From: a virus
Direction: 5' to 3' (one strand)
IMG/VR virus record: IMGVR_UViG_3300033145_001546
Location: 13,256-77,255 of that record
Length of the DNA stretch: 64,000 bases
Shown: one piece after another, positions 47,173 through 57,095 of the stretch
Layout: every line of letters starts with the position of its first letter
Position numbering within the stretch: the stretch's first letter is position 1
Made by a program: the position numbers and the translations under genes
The notes under the pieces: generated by a model
Seen by the model: the letters and a program-made list of their open reading frames with translations, nothing else
What the model was told of the DNA's origin: nothing
Databases searched by the model: none

Positions 47173-47372
47173 AAGTGATATTAGATAAAAACATTCAATT
47201 GCTAATAGTGCCTGAAAGTAATTTAGAGGCACTGGCTCTCGAAACGTGGTGTAACAAGCACCTTAAAGATGGATCGGGACGAATAGGATTTGTATTGCAA
47301 ATGCTAAACGAAGATGGGAAGATCAATCTCAATGGCCCCATAAGAATTGGAGAAGTCCGTGAATCTGATTGA
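47169..47372 (+). CDS. Hypothetical protein
   Basis: Coupled overlaps on both sides. Confidence 0.5.
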   Translation: MKVILDKNIQLLIVPESNLEALALETWCNKHLKDGSGRIGFVLQMLNEDGKINLNGPIRIGEVRESD

Positions 47373-47934
47373 GACAAGAAAAAGGGTTGACCAATTAGTT
47401 ACCAAATTGGAATACTGTGAAATAACCTACCGCCAAGAGAAATTCAATTTGGAGCAGGCCCAACAACTCCTAATTGATACAGAGGAGGCTCAATCCATCA
47501 CTCAACAGATTGCTCAAGCCATACAACAACAGGCCCATAAGCGAATAGCAGGAGTGGTGAGCAAATGCTTAGAGGCAGTATTTACCGGGGAGGACCGATA
47601 TGGATTTAAGATTCATTTCGATAGAAAAAGAGGCCGCACTGAAGCACGTTTGGTTTTGACTAAGAACAAGCATGAAATCGAGGACCCGTTAGACTTTGAT
47701 AGTGGTGGGGTATGTGAAGTGGCAGCGTTTGCTTTGAGGCAATCATGCTTAGTCTTATCTAAGCCACGATTGAGAAAAGCAATCTTATTTGACGAGCCGT
47801 TCAAATCTGTATCTATGGACTATTTAGACAACGTCCGGATTATGGTAGACACATTGTCAGAGGAGTTTGGAGTCCAATTCATTATTGTAACTCATTTGGA
47901 AGCTCTTACAACTGGAAAGGTAATAAGATTATGA
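47359..47934 (+). CDS. SbcC/Rad50 C-terminal half
   Basis: DSGG signature, ILFDEP Walker B, IIVTH H-loop. Confidence 0.82.
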   Translation: MNLIETRKRVDQLVTKLEYCEITYRQEKFNLEQAQQLLIDTEEAQSITQQIAQAIQQQAHKRIAGVVSKCLEAVFTGEDRYGFKIHFDRKRGRTEARLVLTKNKHEIEDPLDFDSGGVCEVAAFALRQSCLVLSKPRLRKAILFDEPFKSVSMDYLDNVRIMVDTLSEEFGVQFIIVTHLEALTTGKVIRL

Positions 47935-48092
47935 ATGATAAAGAAATACATAATATGGATGAGGCCATGGAAGATATTATTCGACACCTTGTCCCCAAAC
48001 TTAAATCCTTTTATGACAGCTGCATAAAAGAAGGCTTTACAAATGAGCAATCATTAGAACTAACCAAAACATTTATGACCTACGGGAAATAA
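47931..48092 (+). CDS. Small hypothetical protein (53 aa), last + strand gene
   Basis: Manual translation MNDKEIHNMDE...EGFTNEQSLEL... Confidence 0.5.
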   Translation: MNDKEIHNMDEAMEDIIRHLVPKLKSFYDSCIKEGFTNEQSLELTKTFMTYGK

Positions 48093-48134
48093 ATGAAGGG
48101 TCTCTTTAGTTTAGCATGTCTGGACTAAGTATGT

Positions 48135-48806
48135 CTAATTAGGTGAGTCGGGACGGGTGCTGGAGTTTGGGCTGGCAAAAGCTTTTGGAAAGGACCCAGA
48201 CACCACGTCTCGACTCATAACACACTTCTTCAAATTACCTCTGTTTTCCCGCACAACCCTACTGGCTTGATAATGTATTATCACCGGATTCTCCACATGC
48301 CGCATCAAATTGTATATCACACAATAAGCAGCAGGCAAATTATAAAAATCTTTGCCCAATACCTTTTCCAAACATCTTTGATCCCATATTCCCGGACGCC
48401 TTTGGCACTCTGCTTCCCATTTTTCTACTAAGGCCCTTACTGCCGGGACGTTCTTTAAGAAAATAGTCCCACTCAAGACCTCATAAGCCTCCACCGTAAT
48501 TCTGGGGTGGTTCCTGCGGTCAAAATAATGCACTCCAATATCACAATCCAAATCTTCAAACAATTTCGGATAGGCTAAAAACTCTGAATCCACATCGTTG
48601 TAGACTATATTACACTCCGGAAATTTATCCATCATCCTCTTTATAAAGGTAGGTTTATACCCACAATTAAGAACCCAACCACCCAAATCATTTATGCCCT
48701 CTAAATAATAGGGAATATCAAGTTTCTCTAAGGATCGAATGAGAATGTTAGCGTGGTCCTCATAGAAAGTGTCCTTCGTATAATATCCTACTACTATAAA
48801 TTTCAT
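48135..48806 (-). CDS. GT-A fold glycosyltransferase
   Basis: YKPTFI, YNDVDS (DxD), SGTIFL, WDQ..L, IIHYQASR. Confidence 0.75.
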   Translation of the reverse strand: MKFIVVGYYTKDTFYEDHANILIRSLEKLDIPYYLEGINDLGGWVLNCGYKPTFIKRMMDKFPECNIVYNDVDSEFLAYPKLFEDLDCDIGVHYFDRRNHPRITVEAYEVLSGTIFLKNVPAVRALVEKWEAECQRRPGIWDQRCLEKVLGKDFYNLPAAYCVIYNLMRHVENPVIIHYQASRVVRENRGNLKKCVMSRDVVSGSFPKAFASPNSSTRPDSPN

Positions 48807-49231
48807 AGTATTGGCCTCCTGTTTAGTTCCTTTTTAATAGAGGTAGAACTAATGCCCTCAGTTCGAGGCAAAAATATCATTTCTAAATTCTCTTTTATCC
48901 AAGCATACCCTTCAGGGGGATTCCTTTTATCCTTCCAATCTTCCCCGGTCACGAACACGTCCACATCCCAATCCTCTAACAATCCCACATCTGCTAACAC
49001 ACTTTGAGAGACTACAAAATCCACACAAGCTAAACTTTTTAATATTCTCATTCGTTGGGCTAAAGGAATGACAGGATAAATCCCTTTGTACCGAAGAACC
49101 AATTCATCTGTAGACACTCCCACGATGAGAATTGTCCCATATCTTTTAGCTTTTTCTAAGATGTTCAAATGCCCCACATGGAACAGGTCCCAAACACCAC
49201 CAACAAAAACTACTTTTTGGGTCTTAGTCAT
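48803..49231 (-). CDS. Cytidylyltransferase (TagD-like)
   Basis: GVWDLFHVGH, VGVSTD, RTEGISST. Confidence 0.9.
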   Translation of the reverse strand: MTKTQKVVFVGGVWDLFHVGHLNILEKAKRYGTILIVGVSTDELVLRYKGIYPVIPLAQRMRILKSLACVDFVVSQSVLADVGLLEDWDVDVFVTGEDWKDKRNPPEGYAWIKENLEMIFLPRTEGISSTSIKKELNRRPIL

Positions 49232-49929
49232 AATTTTGCCAAATAATTACAATGCCTATAATCCTCTTGTTCTGGATGGAATTGATTTTGGAATTTCATC
49301 TCCCCTGAAGACACCTTTGCTATGGAAAATCCATGCCCAAGTAAAAAACAGAACACCTCTTTCAAAGTAATTCCAGCGTCTGCAAAACACTCCCCATACT
49401 CAAATTGAATAAAGTCGATTGCCCTATGACATAACAATCTGGCAGCCCCCCGCATCACCGCTGCCTCATGCCCCTCTACATCTATCTTTAGAAAGCCAAT
49501 CCTACCCACCTCTTGCTTTTGACAATAATCATCTAAAGTAGTCATCGAAACTGAAATCATTTTGGGCTCTCCTATTCCGAAAGCCTTTGCTATTTCTGAA
49601 TTCCTTTTGTGTATGGTAGATAGTGCCGGGACTCTTTCATATTCCCAAAAGGCACTCTCCCCCTCTTTATCAGATACTAACAAATTATTCAAGACAGTCT
49701 GAGTATAGAAAGCCTCTAAATTCCGTCTTAATATATCATAAGATGGCGGCAAAGGCTCAAAGCAGTATGTAACAGAATTCCCACCTTGAGTCAAAACCGC
49801 CAAAGACCATTCACCACGAAACGCCCCTACATCGAAAACTATGGAATCATCTTCAATATATTTCTGAATGACTTCTAACTCACCACCTATTAAATCACTG
49901 CCCATAACTTTTTGTGTCTCCTTGACCAT
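49228..49929 (-). CDS. FkbM family methyltransferase
   Basis: FDVGA..G, FEP, TLDDY, LKIDVEGHE. Confidence 0.88.
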   Translation of the reverse strand: MVKETQKVMGSDLIGGELEVIQKYIEDDSIVFDVGAFRGEWSLAVLTQGGNSVTYCFEPLPPSYDILRRNLEAFYTQTVLNNLLVSDKEGESAFWEYERVPALSTIHKRNSEIAKAFGIGEPKMISVSMTTLDDYCQKQEVGRIGFLKIDVEGHEAAVMRGAARLLCHRAIDFIQFEYGECFADAGITLKEVFCFLLGHGFSIAKVSSGEMKFQNQFHPEQEDYRHCNYLAKL

Positions 49930-50146
49930 ATGTTTTCATTGTTTTAGTACCATCCACTAAGCCCAAAACCAATTCATCAATCTCTTGAATGATGTCATTC
50001 CGTTGCTCATTCAAAACATTCGTCTTTCTCGTAGCGTTTGCAATCTCACTATCATCTTTGGATGTTCTTTTCACATCCTCCCACTTCCACATCTTCAAAT
50101 TAACAATGGTCAATTTATCAACCAAATTTCCTACCGTTTCCATCAC
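49895..50146 (-). CDS. DUF4254-like helical protein
   Basis: ETVGNLVDKLTIVNLK...LNEQRNDIIQEID. Confidence 0.6.
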   Translation of the reverse strand: MMETVGNLVDKLTIVNLKMWKWEDVKRTSKDDSEIANATRKTNVLNEQRNDIIQEIDELVLGLVDGTKTMKTYGQGDTKSYGQ

Positions 50147-50820
50147 CCTATCCTCGTATAAGTATGAAGTTTAGAATGATGAAACATAGGTAGACCTCCA
50201 GGGACGTATAACACTGTCGTAGGTTTTCCCAACGCCGCAGAAAGGGTAGCACACCCAGAGGTGAAACAAAAGAAAGCCTTACAAGAATGGATCACATCAC
50301 AAAAGTCTTCCAAAGGTCCCGCAGTAATAATCGGCAAATGAGGAATAGGTGATTGCCTTTTGAAAGGTTTCATCTGATGAGTTCTTTTTACTGGATGATT
50401 CCTAAACCACTTTTCGGTTTGCCTTCTGGACGGCACCCCTATATTATTCCCATGGTTGGACTCAAACACAATCGCATCTGTCAACTCTAATAATAACTTT
50501 GGCTTATAGTAAATCTCCGGTTCCCGAAAACGCTCACCATCATCCGGCAAACCCACGAAATCTACTACAGCATCTAATAGATTCTTACCCTTCTCTACTG
50601 TATCAAAGATTGGATAGGGTCTATCCTCATCACTGAACCCATCAACATACGGGTTGTATTCCCACACCAATCTTTTCGTATTGGGATTTAGATAATCGGA
50701 ATGATTGGAAATAAGCACTCTATCATACCCATGCAGTTCTTTAGCAATTCTTGGGATAGGGGAATACAACAAATGGTCTCCCAAACCACCCCACTTAATT
50801 TTCAATACTAATACTGTCAC
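50143..50820 (-). CDS. GT9-like (GT-B) glycosyltransferase
   Basis: GGLGDHL, NPYVD, SGCATLSAALGKPT. Confidence 0.65.
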   Translation of the reverse strand: MTVLVLKIKWGGLGDHLLYSPIPRIAKELHGYDRVLISNHSDYLNPNTKRLVWEYNPYVDGFSDEDRPYPIFDTVEKGKNLLDAVVDFVGLPDDGERFREPEIYYKPKLLLELTDAIVFESNHGNNIGVPSRRQTEKWFRNHPVKRTHQMKPFKRQSPIPHLPIITAGPLEDFCDVIHSCKAFFCFTSGCATLSAALGKPTTVLYVPGGLPMFHHSKLHTYTRIG

Positions 50821-51527
50821 TGCGTTACCATAGCCTCCATTTCCTGTTTAGCATATAAATAAACATCGTGGGCGTTGGGTCCATCTGAGAAACCTACTGG
50901 CTCTTGAGTTTCATCAATCCCGGAAAACACAGATGTGGAATCAAAGAAGTCTCTCAAATCTTTCAAACATATTGAATTGTAAGCACCTATTTCTTTAATC
51001 CCTTCACCATCTTCCATCATTCGGACTATCTGGTGTCCCACCCATTTAACGTCTACATAAGCGTAACGAGTAGTAGCACTCACAAACAATTCCTTGCTGG
51101 CAAGTAGATCATGGAGCATGTCCTTTTTACGACTCCCCCCGAACATCGGCCCCAAACGAATGACCAGGGAATTAGTAGGTAAGACCATCAATTCACAGGC
51201 CCGACGATTGCGACCGTAAGAACCATACAACTGCGTCCGGCAGGAAAAACTGGATATGAGTACGAATCTTTTTCCTTTAGCCATAGAGAAAAGATTTGCA
51301 GTCTTTTCCACAGTCTCCATAAAATCTTTTTCGGGCTGTCGTTCAGCATTGATTCGTCCCGCTGGATTGGCGGAATGAATCACTATGTCCGCAACGTCTA
51401 CCAACTGCTCTGGATGGGGACTATCACGATGCATCGGAACCAACTTATACTCAGGATGGGTTACTACCGCCTTAGCAATCTCAGACCCTACAAATCCCGA
51501 TGCTCCGATAACCGTTACTATTTTCAT
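50817..51527 (-). CDS. NAD-dependent epimerase/reductase (extended SDR)
   Basis: IGASGFVG, ISS, YGRNR (YxxxR rather than YxxxK). Confidence 0.78.
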   Translation of the reverse strand: MKIVTVIGASGFVGSEIAKAVVTHPEYKLVPMHRDSPHPEQLVDVADIVIHSANPAGRINAERQPEKDFMETVEKTANLFSMAKGKRFVLISSFSCRTQLYGSYGRNRRACELMVLPTNSLVIRLGPMFGGSRKKDMLHDLLASKELFVSATTRYAYVDVKWVGHQIVRMMEDGEGIKEIGAYNSICLKDLRDFFDSTSVFSGIDETQEPVGFSDGPNAHDVYLYAKQEMEAMVTQ

Positions 51528-51931
51528 TCGGATTCTCCTTCATGCACTTTCATAGTAATAATTGGTTTATCACATTTATCCCATGGTTTGGTCAAGCATG
51601 CTATACAAATTGCCTCCGTTATTGCATGGACGGCATGGGGAGTATGTGGGGGAATTCTAAAACAAACTCCCCGACTGGCATGCATGTTTATCTCTTTCCC
51701 AGTATTAAGGTCCTTCGTAACCATAACCACAGATCCATCTACTATTAAAAAATACTCTACGAATTCGGGGTGGTAGTGATTGCCCCGGATTTTATTGGGC
51801 CTAAAAAATATCATATTAAACTCAACCAAAGGGTCCTCAGGCAGCCACGTGAATATCGCCCCACGCCCATCCTGAACGGTCTGTATGTTACACGATGCTT
51901 CTAATACCTCTATAGCACCTAAGTTTCTCAT
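51524..51931 (-). CDS. Cupin sugar 3,4-ketoisomerase/epimerase (FdtA/WxcM-like)
   Basis: DGRG, RGNHYH...E, IPP.TPHA. Confidence 0.75.
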   Translation of the reverse strand: MRNLGAIEVLEASCNIQTVQDGRGAIFTWLPEDPLVEFNMIFFRPNKIRGNHYHPEFVEYFLIVDGSVVMVTKDLNTGKEINMHASRGVCFRIPPHTPHAVHAITEAICIACLTKPWDKCDKPIITMKVHEGESE

Positions 51932-53154
51932 GGCTTTCCCCTAACTGTAATGAAATGGGGATAGGGCAAAGGCACTAACAGACAAACCATACTCTCTTTG
52001 TATAAATGCGTTTGGATCATCGGTATAAAAGTGTCTGTATAGTAATAAGGCAAAACAAATAAGTATTCAGACAAACTTTTCAACCCCTCTATTTCATCCA
52101 TTATAGGAATCATGGTCCCAGCAGTTTTCTTTCCTATTTTCTTAGGACTGTTATCCAAAATACGACAAATATGCTTTTTATTCAAACCTAAAAATTGTAA
52201 AAGCATATTCCCTTTTGTACTGGCTCCAAATCCGTCCATAGGCCCGTACATTTCTACTAAATGCTCTACGATAGACTTGATAGAGTTTTTAAGAAGTTGA
52301 ACGCGTGTATTAAACGCACTCAAAGACTCACAAGAATTAGTTTGATTCTTTCTTTCAAAATCCTCTACCTCTGTATGACTTCTTTTGTATTTATTCCTCT
52401 CCACAAATACTCTAAGACTGCCCCCATAGCTGGGGACAATTTCTGCTTCCGATATATACAACCCCACTTGAGATAATAAGAACTCCAAAGACTTCAAAGA
52501 GTAGTAAGCAGCATGTTCATGGACAATATTATCTAAAACATTATCCCGCATCATACTACCAAGATATGTCATTTGCAAAACCCACTCAGTATCCTCATCC
52601 ATTATCTCTTTAACCTCCCGACAAAAAGAGACAGGATCATTCAAATGGTAAAACATAGCCACACTAAATATAACTTTGGGGTTAGGTAGGTTTAAGGCTC
52701 GATATTCCGTGGCATTAAACTTTGCTTGTTTGTAATAATAATTAGGACCTGATAACACTTGGGACATATTATGAGCAGCATCTATGTTTACTTTGGTCAC
52801 AGGTTTATCTATAAGGCTTAGCAAGGTTCCATCGTTTCCCCCTATATCCAATACAACATCCCCAGCCATTAAGGGAGACCGCAATTCGGCGTGTTCCACC
52901 ACATCTTGCAAAATAGAAACCATAGAAGCGGTTTTTCCACTTTCGTAAGGATAATGCTCAAATACAGAATCTAAATTATACTTATTGACAAGCTGTACCA
53001 ACCCACAATCTTGATTTGAACACTTGGCAAGATTCAAACAAGATGGTTCTGGCAATTGCGTATTGTCATCCACGAATATGGCACTGGGATATTGATCCCC
53101 GATTATAACCATATCCTCTAAGAGTAAACTACCACAAGAAATACATCGGTTCAT
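51928..53154 (-). CDS. NDP-sugar C-methyltransferase (TcaB9/NovU-like)
   Basis: C..C N-terminus, DIGGNDGTLL, HEH..YY, GGSLR, GASTKGN.LL. Confidence 0.85.
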   Translation of the reverse strand: MNRCISCGSLLLEDMVIIGDQYPSAIFVDDNTQLPEPSCLNLAKCSNQDCGLVQLVNKYNLDSVFEHYPYESGKTASMVSILQDVVEHAELRSPLMAGDVVLDIGGNDGTLLSLIDKPVTKVNIDAAHNMSQVLSGPNYYYKQAKFNATEYRALNLPNPKVIFSVAMFYHLNDPVSFCREVKEIMDEDTEWVLQMTYLGSMMRDNVLDNIVHEHAAYYSLKSLEFLLSQVGLYISEAEIVPSYGGSLRVFVERNKYKRSHTEVEDFERKNQTNSCESLSAFNTRVQLLKNSIKSIVEHLVEMYGPMDGFGASTKGNMLLQFLGLNKKHICRILDNSPKKIGKKTAGTMIPIMDEIEGLKSLSEYLFVLPYYYTDTFIPMIQTHLYKESMVCLLVPLPYPHFITVRGKP

Positions 53155-53687
53155 TTTCTTGCCCTAACATTCAAACTCATTAACATTCCTCGTTCTTTAT
53201 CCATATGCGGCAGATAGCATTTGCTGTAATCATCGAGATCCTTTGACGGCATTACTTCCCATCTTGTCACATCACAAAAACCCGCCAACTTTAATTCCCT
53301 TCTCAAAGAGTTAAAATCCCAACACATATGATGGTAATTTTCCTTATAATCTTGTCCCCCATATAATAAGCCTATCAGGGGCTTCAAGTCTTTTTCCTTT
53401 TGATAATAAGAAACTATAGATTCAAAATCCGGTACGGATAGGAATAAAAATCCACCCGGACTAAGTAATTCAAACCACCTTCTAAGAATGTTAGAAATAC
53501 GCCACCGATTGAAATGTTCCAAAACATGGCAAGCATATATTTCCTCAATCGCCTCCCTCTTAAATTTCCGGAGAAATTCGGCATTGTCCACAACATCTAC
53601 ATTAGGCAGATACCTTATATCTATATTGACATAGCCTTGAATAGCAACAGAACCACAACCAACATGAAGCTTCATCTCATTCTCCAA
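53151..53687 (-). CDS. Class I SAM methyltransferase
   Basis: LHVGCG, NIDI, HVLEH, L.PGG...SVPD. Confidence 0.85.
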   Translation of the reverse strand: MENEMKLHVGCGSVAIQGYVNIDIRYLPNVDVVDNAEFLRKFKREAIEEIYACHVLEHFNRWRISNILRRWFELLSPGGFLFLSVPDFESIVSYYQKEKDLKPLIGLLYGGQDYKENYHHMCWDFNSLRRELKLAGFCDVTRWEVMPSKDLDDYSKCYLPHMDKERGMLMSLNVRARK

Positions 53688-54462
53688 ATACTATATCGTC
53701 AGTAGCATTGCAAATAGCGGAATGATTGCCTTTTACAAAAGATACGTCCTGGACGCCAACTTTGCCTTTCACTACAGGGCTATAGACCTCTCGATTTTGA
53801 AAGAACCCAGCCCAAAAACTAAAAGAAGAATTACTCCGGAAAAGAACCCTTGAATTTATCATCTTAAAAAAGTCACAAAGAAAACTAATCCCTCTATCTT
53901 CATACTGATTCACACCATACATACTATTAGGAGTTTTGGAGTAACAAATACTATTCAATTCAGGACATGCTCTTGGATACTCCTCTGAGCACCATCCAAG
54001 CTTGCCCGAACTCATCCCAAATTCTTCGCAGGCATTTATGAATGATTCCTTAGTTATTACACAAAAGATATTAGGCCATAAAGTAGTATAATCACCTAAT
54101 CTCAAATGGGCCATCATCTCATCTTTTGGTTCGAGATACTTTTGAAAAACATCTCGGAAAGCAAACCATTCTCTAATCTTATGCTCTGACAAAATATCGA
54201 AACATTCCTTTGTCTGAAAGTACCCAAACAAGTCTATATTTACTTCTCCAAAGTCTATCACGTCCACTTTAGTTCTCGGCAGTTTACGAGATATTTTAGA
54301 GTGAGTAACATTTTCAAATACCTTTTCTCCAATCCAATTAGGAATTTCCAAAGTGGCATTGTACTTCTCAGCATATGCTCTGGCAAAAGCATATTGGAAA
54401 AGCTGATTGCCAAATCTTCCAAAGTTTCCTAACTGACTGAATTGTACTATCCGCTTACACAT
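53677..54462 (-). CDS. GT11 alpha-1,2-fucosyltransferase-like
   Basis: GRFGNQLFQYA, GYFQ, HLRLGDY, NSSFSFW. Confidence 0.88.
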   Translation of the reverse strand: MCKRIVQFSQLGNFGRFGNQLFQYAFARAYAEKYNATLEIPNWIGEKVFENVTHSKISRKLPRTKVDVIDFGEVNIDLFGYFQTKECFDILSEHKIREWFAFRDVFQKYLEPKDEMMAHLRLGDYTTLWPNIFCVITKESFINACEEFGMSSGKLGWCSEEYPRACPELNSICYSKTPNSMYGVNQYEDRGISFLCDFFKMINSRVLFRSNSSFSFWAGFFQNREVYSPVVKGKVGVQDVSFVKGNHSAICNATDDIVFGE

Positions 54463-55030
54463 CTATCAAAGACCCCCCAGACCTATCGTGATTAAACATA
54501 CTTTGCTTTTGTAAACAAAAGGTAAGTTTTCGATATAACATTATATCCCAAGGAATCCCATTATACCTCCAAGACAATAATTTTGCTATACTTTTGCGGT
54601 TCACCATATAAGCCAACGCAGCCACAATCCATGGCTCTGAAAAAGACGATTGCAAGTAAGATGAATTATTAGGAGCAGGCTCAAAATTATTTGGGTTGTG
54701 TTGTCTACCATGAAAAGAAACCATATCGTAAAATCCTAATAAATAAATTGCATTAGAAACAGAATACATCCAAGAAGGCTTATTAGGCACGGCATCATCC
54801 TCTAATACTAATACTACTTCTGCCGTGCTTAAAGATAACGCTTGTTGATGTCCTCGGAAACAACGATAAGCCCCCATATGATTTCTTACTAATGTCTTGA
54901 CTTCAGGCTTAAAATCTTCGGGGAGTTCATAATTAGGGGTGATACTAATCTGATGAGGAATTCCTTTCAAATGCTTTGAAATCAAAGGCCTCCTATTCTC
55001 AGATGCTACTACTACAATTTCAAATTCCAT
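54455..55030 (-). CDS. GT25-like glycosyltransferase
   Basis: GAYRCFRGH, LVLEDDA, AYMVN..S..KLL. Confidence 0.7.
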   Translation of the reverse strand: MEFEIVVVASENRRPLISKHLKGIPHQISITPNYELPEDFKPEVKTLVRNHMGAYRCFRGHQQALSLSTAEVVLVLEDDAVPNKPSWMYSVSNAIYLLGFYDMVSFHGRQHNPNNFEPAPNNSSYLQSSFSEPWIVAALAYMVNRKSIAKLLSWRYNGIPWDIMLYRKLTFCLQKQSMFNHDRSGGSLIDV

Positions 55031-55039
55031 ATCTCACCT

Positions 55040-55864
55040 TTATATATATTTAGAAGCAATGGCCCCTATTCCATTGTCGGCCTTCTTTATCATTTCTTTC
55101 ATATAATCTGTAGAAGCATTCCAAGGTTGCCCTGTAAAAGATGGAGCAACAGACTCACTAAAATTCAAACACCCCTGATCGCAATGGGGCAAAGATATAC
55201 TCTCATAGAGAGAAAGAAGCACCGTGGTAGGATTATACTGAGCAATTTTATCCCTCGCAGTATATTGAGGGCAATCCAAAGATACATCAGAAAAAGTACG
55301 ATGGGAGAAAAACGCTTTCATTAAAGCCTGATCACACCCCCATCTCCAATCCGAACAATACTCCACATTGTCCTTTCCCCATTGCATATAATGCTCAAAA
55401 GTTGGGGAGTTCTTTAGGACTCTGGATTTAAGACCCTGAACCCGAAACCCGCAAAGCCCTGCAAGATAAGGAATAGAATGAAGAGAGTAGCTTCTAATTC
55501 CATGAATCAAAAATCTTTCGTGATCCATAAAATACTGAACTGCTTTTCTTTCCATTTTGTTTGTAGCATGATCCAAATCCCTACACAATAAAATTTCTAC
55601 ATCATCCTCCCATAAAGGTCTCATTCTCCAAGTCGTCAATTGCGTTCCTTGATACCCCTCTTCTATCACTTCAATTTCGACGTGTGGGAATTGGTCTGAA
55701 ACTTCTTGAAGCATTTGAAATTTTGGATGCCCTATAACGTCTTTATGGATATAAAACCTCATATGATACTCTGGATAAATAGCCGAATTGGAAACTAATA
55801 CCCAAGGCACATTACACCAGTGCTTTTCCTCTCCAAACAAAACATAGGAAATCAATTTTTTCAC
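55040..55864 (-). CDS. Putative glycosyltransferase-like protein
   Basis: ISYVLFG, WR..PL, CRDLD, AGL.G, DQ.L. Confidence 0.55.
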   Translation of the reverse strand: MKKLISYVLFGEEKHWCNVPWVLVSNSAIYPEYHMRFYIHKDVIGHPKFQMLQEVSDQFPHVEIEVIEEGYQGTQLTTWRMRPLWEDDVEILLCRDLDHATNKMERKAVQYFMDHERFLIHGIRSYSLHSIPYLAGLCGFRVQGLKSRVLKNSPTFEHYMQWGKDNVEYCSDWRWGCDQALMKAFFSHRTFSDVSLDCPQYTARDKIAQYNPTTVLLSLYESISLPHCDQGCLNFSESVAPSFTGQPWNASTDYMKEMIKKADNGIGAIASKYI

Positions 55865-56439
55865 TGCCGCTTCCTCCTATCACAAGGTTTAGCCGGGACC
55901 CCCCTTTGAGGAATTCTCCAATCCTTCCCATACCATTCTTCCAGGATGCGCTCTGGGTTATTCAAGACGTTCACTGATATCTCTAAAAAATCACAAGGGA
56001 ATGTTTTCAAATCCTCCTCACAAAGCACATCACTGTAGTTTACATAGTACCCATCACCACTAAAAGCATATAAGTAAAAATCTATATACACATTTTCTCT
56101 TACGATAGAAACCAAAGCATTGTCTCCATAACAACGCAACAACTCAAATCCTTGGGACAATAAATCTCGTATCGCTTCGCATACCAATTCTGCTTGATCC
56201 ATTAAGCATGATATGTCTATGTCATTATCGTAAGGAATAAGCCCATGGTCCCGGACACACCCCAACATCGTGCCAGCATGGAGCCAATGTTTAGCCCCTT
56301 GCTTATTAAGGGCTTGTATTACAGCCCCTAAATTCCTTTGGGCCGCATAGATACTAAAATGGCCTGTGCACTTCGCAAATAGCCCAGCAGTGTTTATCTT
56401 TTCCGCTGGGATGCCTAACTCTTCGTTGATTGCTTTCAT
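55861..56439 (-). CDS. LicD family nucleotidyl/phosphotransferase
   Basis: GTMLGCVRDHGLIPYDNDID, YG.DWRIP. Confidence 0.88.
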   Translation of the reverse strand: MKAINEELGIPAEKINTAGLFAKCTGHFSIYAAQRNLGAVIQALNKQGAKHWLHAGTMLGCVRDHGLIPYDNDIDISCLMDQAELVCEAIRDLLSQGFELLRCYGDNALVSIVRENVYIDFYLYAFSGDGYYVNYSDVLCEEDLKTFPCDFLEISVNVLNNPERILEEWYGKDWRIPQRGVPAKPCDRRKRQ

Positions 56440-57095
56440 CGGGGAAATCCTGCCGCCTTTCGTCGATTATAAGTTGCCTCATCTGGTCTGCCCAGTTTTG
56501 AATTTCTACGATAGGTGGGGTCCCCTTGAGGCCCCCCTTTCCATTGATGTTTTACTATTACCTCTGGAATGTAAATATGCTTTCCCAACCGCTTGACTTC
56601 ATCTGTAAATTCATTATCACAGTAAAAACTCTTATAATCAGGATGATAGATATAACCGAAGTGATCATACAATTTCTTCCCCATTATAGAAAGGGTGATG
56701 GTGCGGTCTTTACCGAACAACCCATCATTGAAATGCAAAGCCCCATCCATGTTAGGAAAATGCTTTTCCATCTGCTCCACAATCATATTATCGAATCCTG
56801 GAAGTATCGGAATCATGTCATCACTAATAAGAAACAAAATGTCGAAGTCCTCTCCATCCATATCTGCATTACATGCATCTATTTTAGTTTGGTGCTTGCC
56901 ATATTTATATTCCAAATGGGAATAACCATCCATGAATTCCCTCATACCATCGTTGTTCATAGTAACATCATTACTATTCAAAGTGATCAAAAATTTATAC
57001 TCGTAATGGCCACTAAGCATAAAGAAATACTTATCCAAAGTAATCTTAAACCATTCCGGTCTTTGGAATGTGGGATATTTGAATAAAATTCTCAT
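56436..57095 (-). CDS. GT2-like glycosyltransferase
   Basis: PT..RP, KIDACN, SDDM, Y.SFYCDNEFT. Confidence 0.75.
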   Translation of the reverse strand: MRILFKYPTFQRPEWFKITLDKYFFMLSGHYEYKFLITLNSNDVTMNNDGMREFMDGYSHLEYKYGKHQTKIDACNADMDGEDFDILFLISDDMIPILPGFDNMIVEQMEKHFPNMDGALHFNDGLFGKDRTITLSIMGKKLYDHFGYIYHPDYKSFYCDNEFTDEVKRLGKHIYIPEVIVKHQWKGGPQGDPTYRRNSKLGRPDEATYNRRKAAGFPR

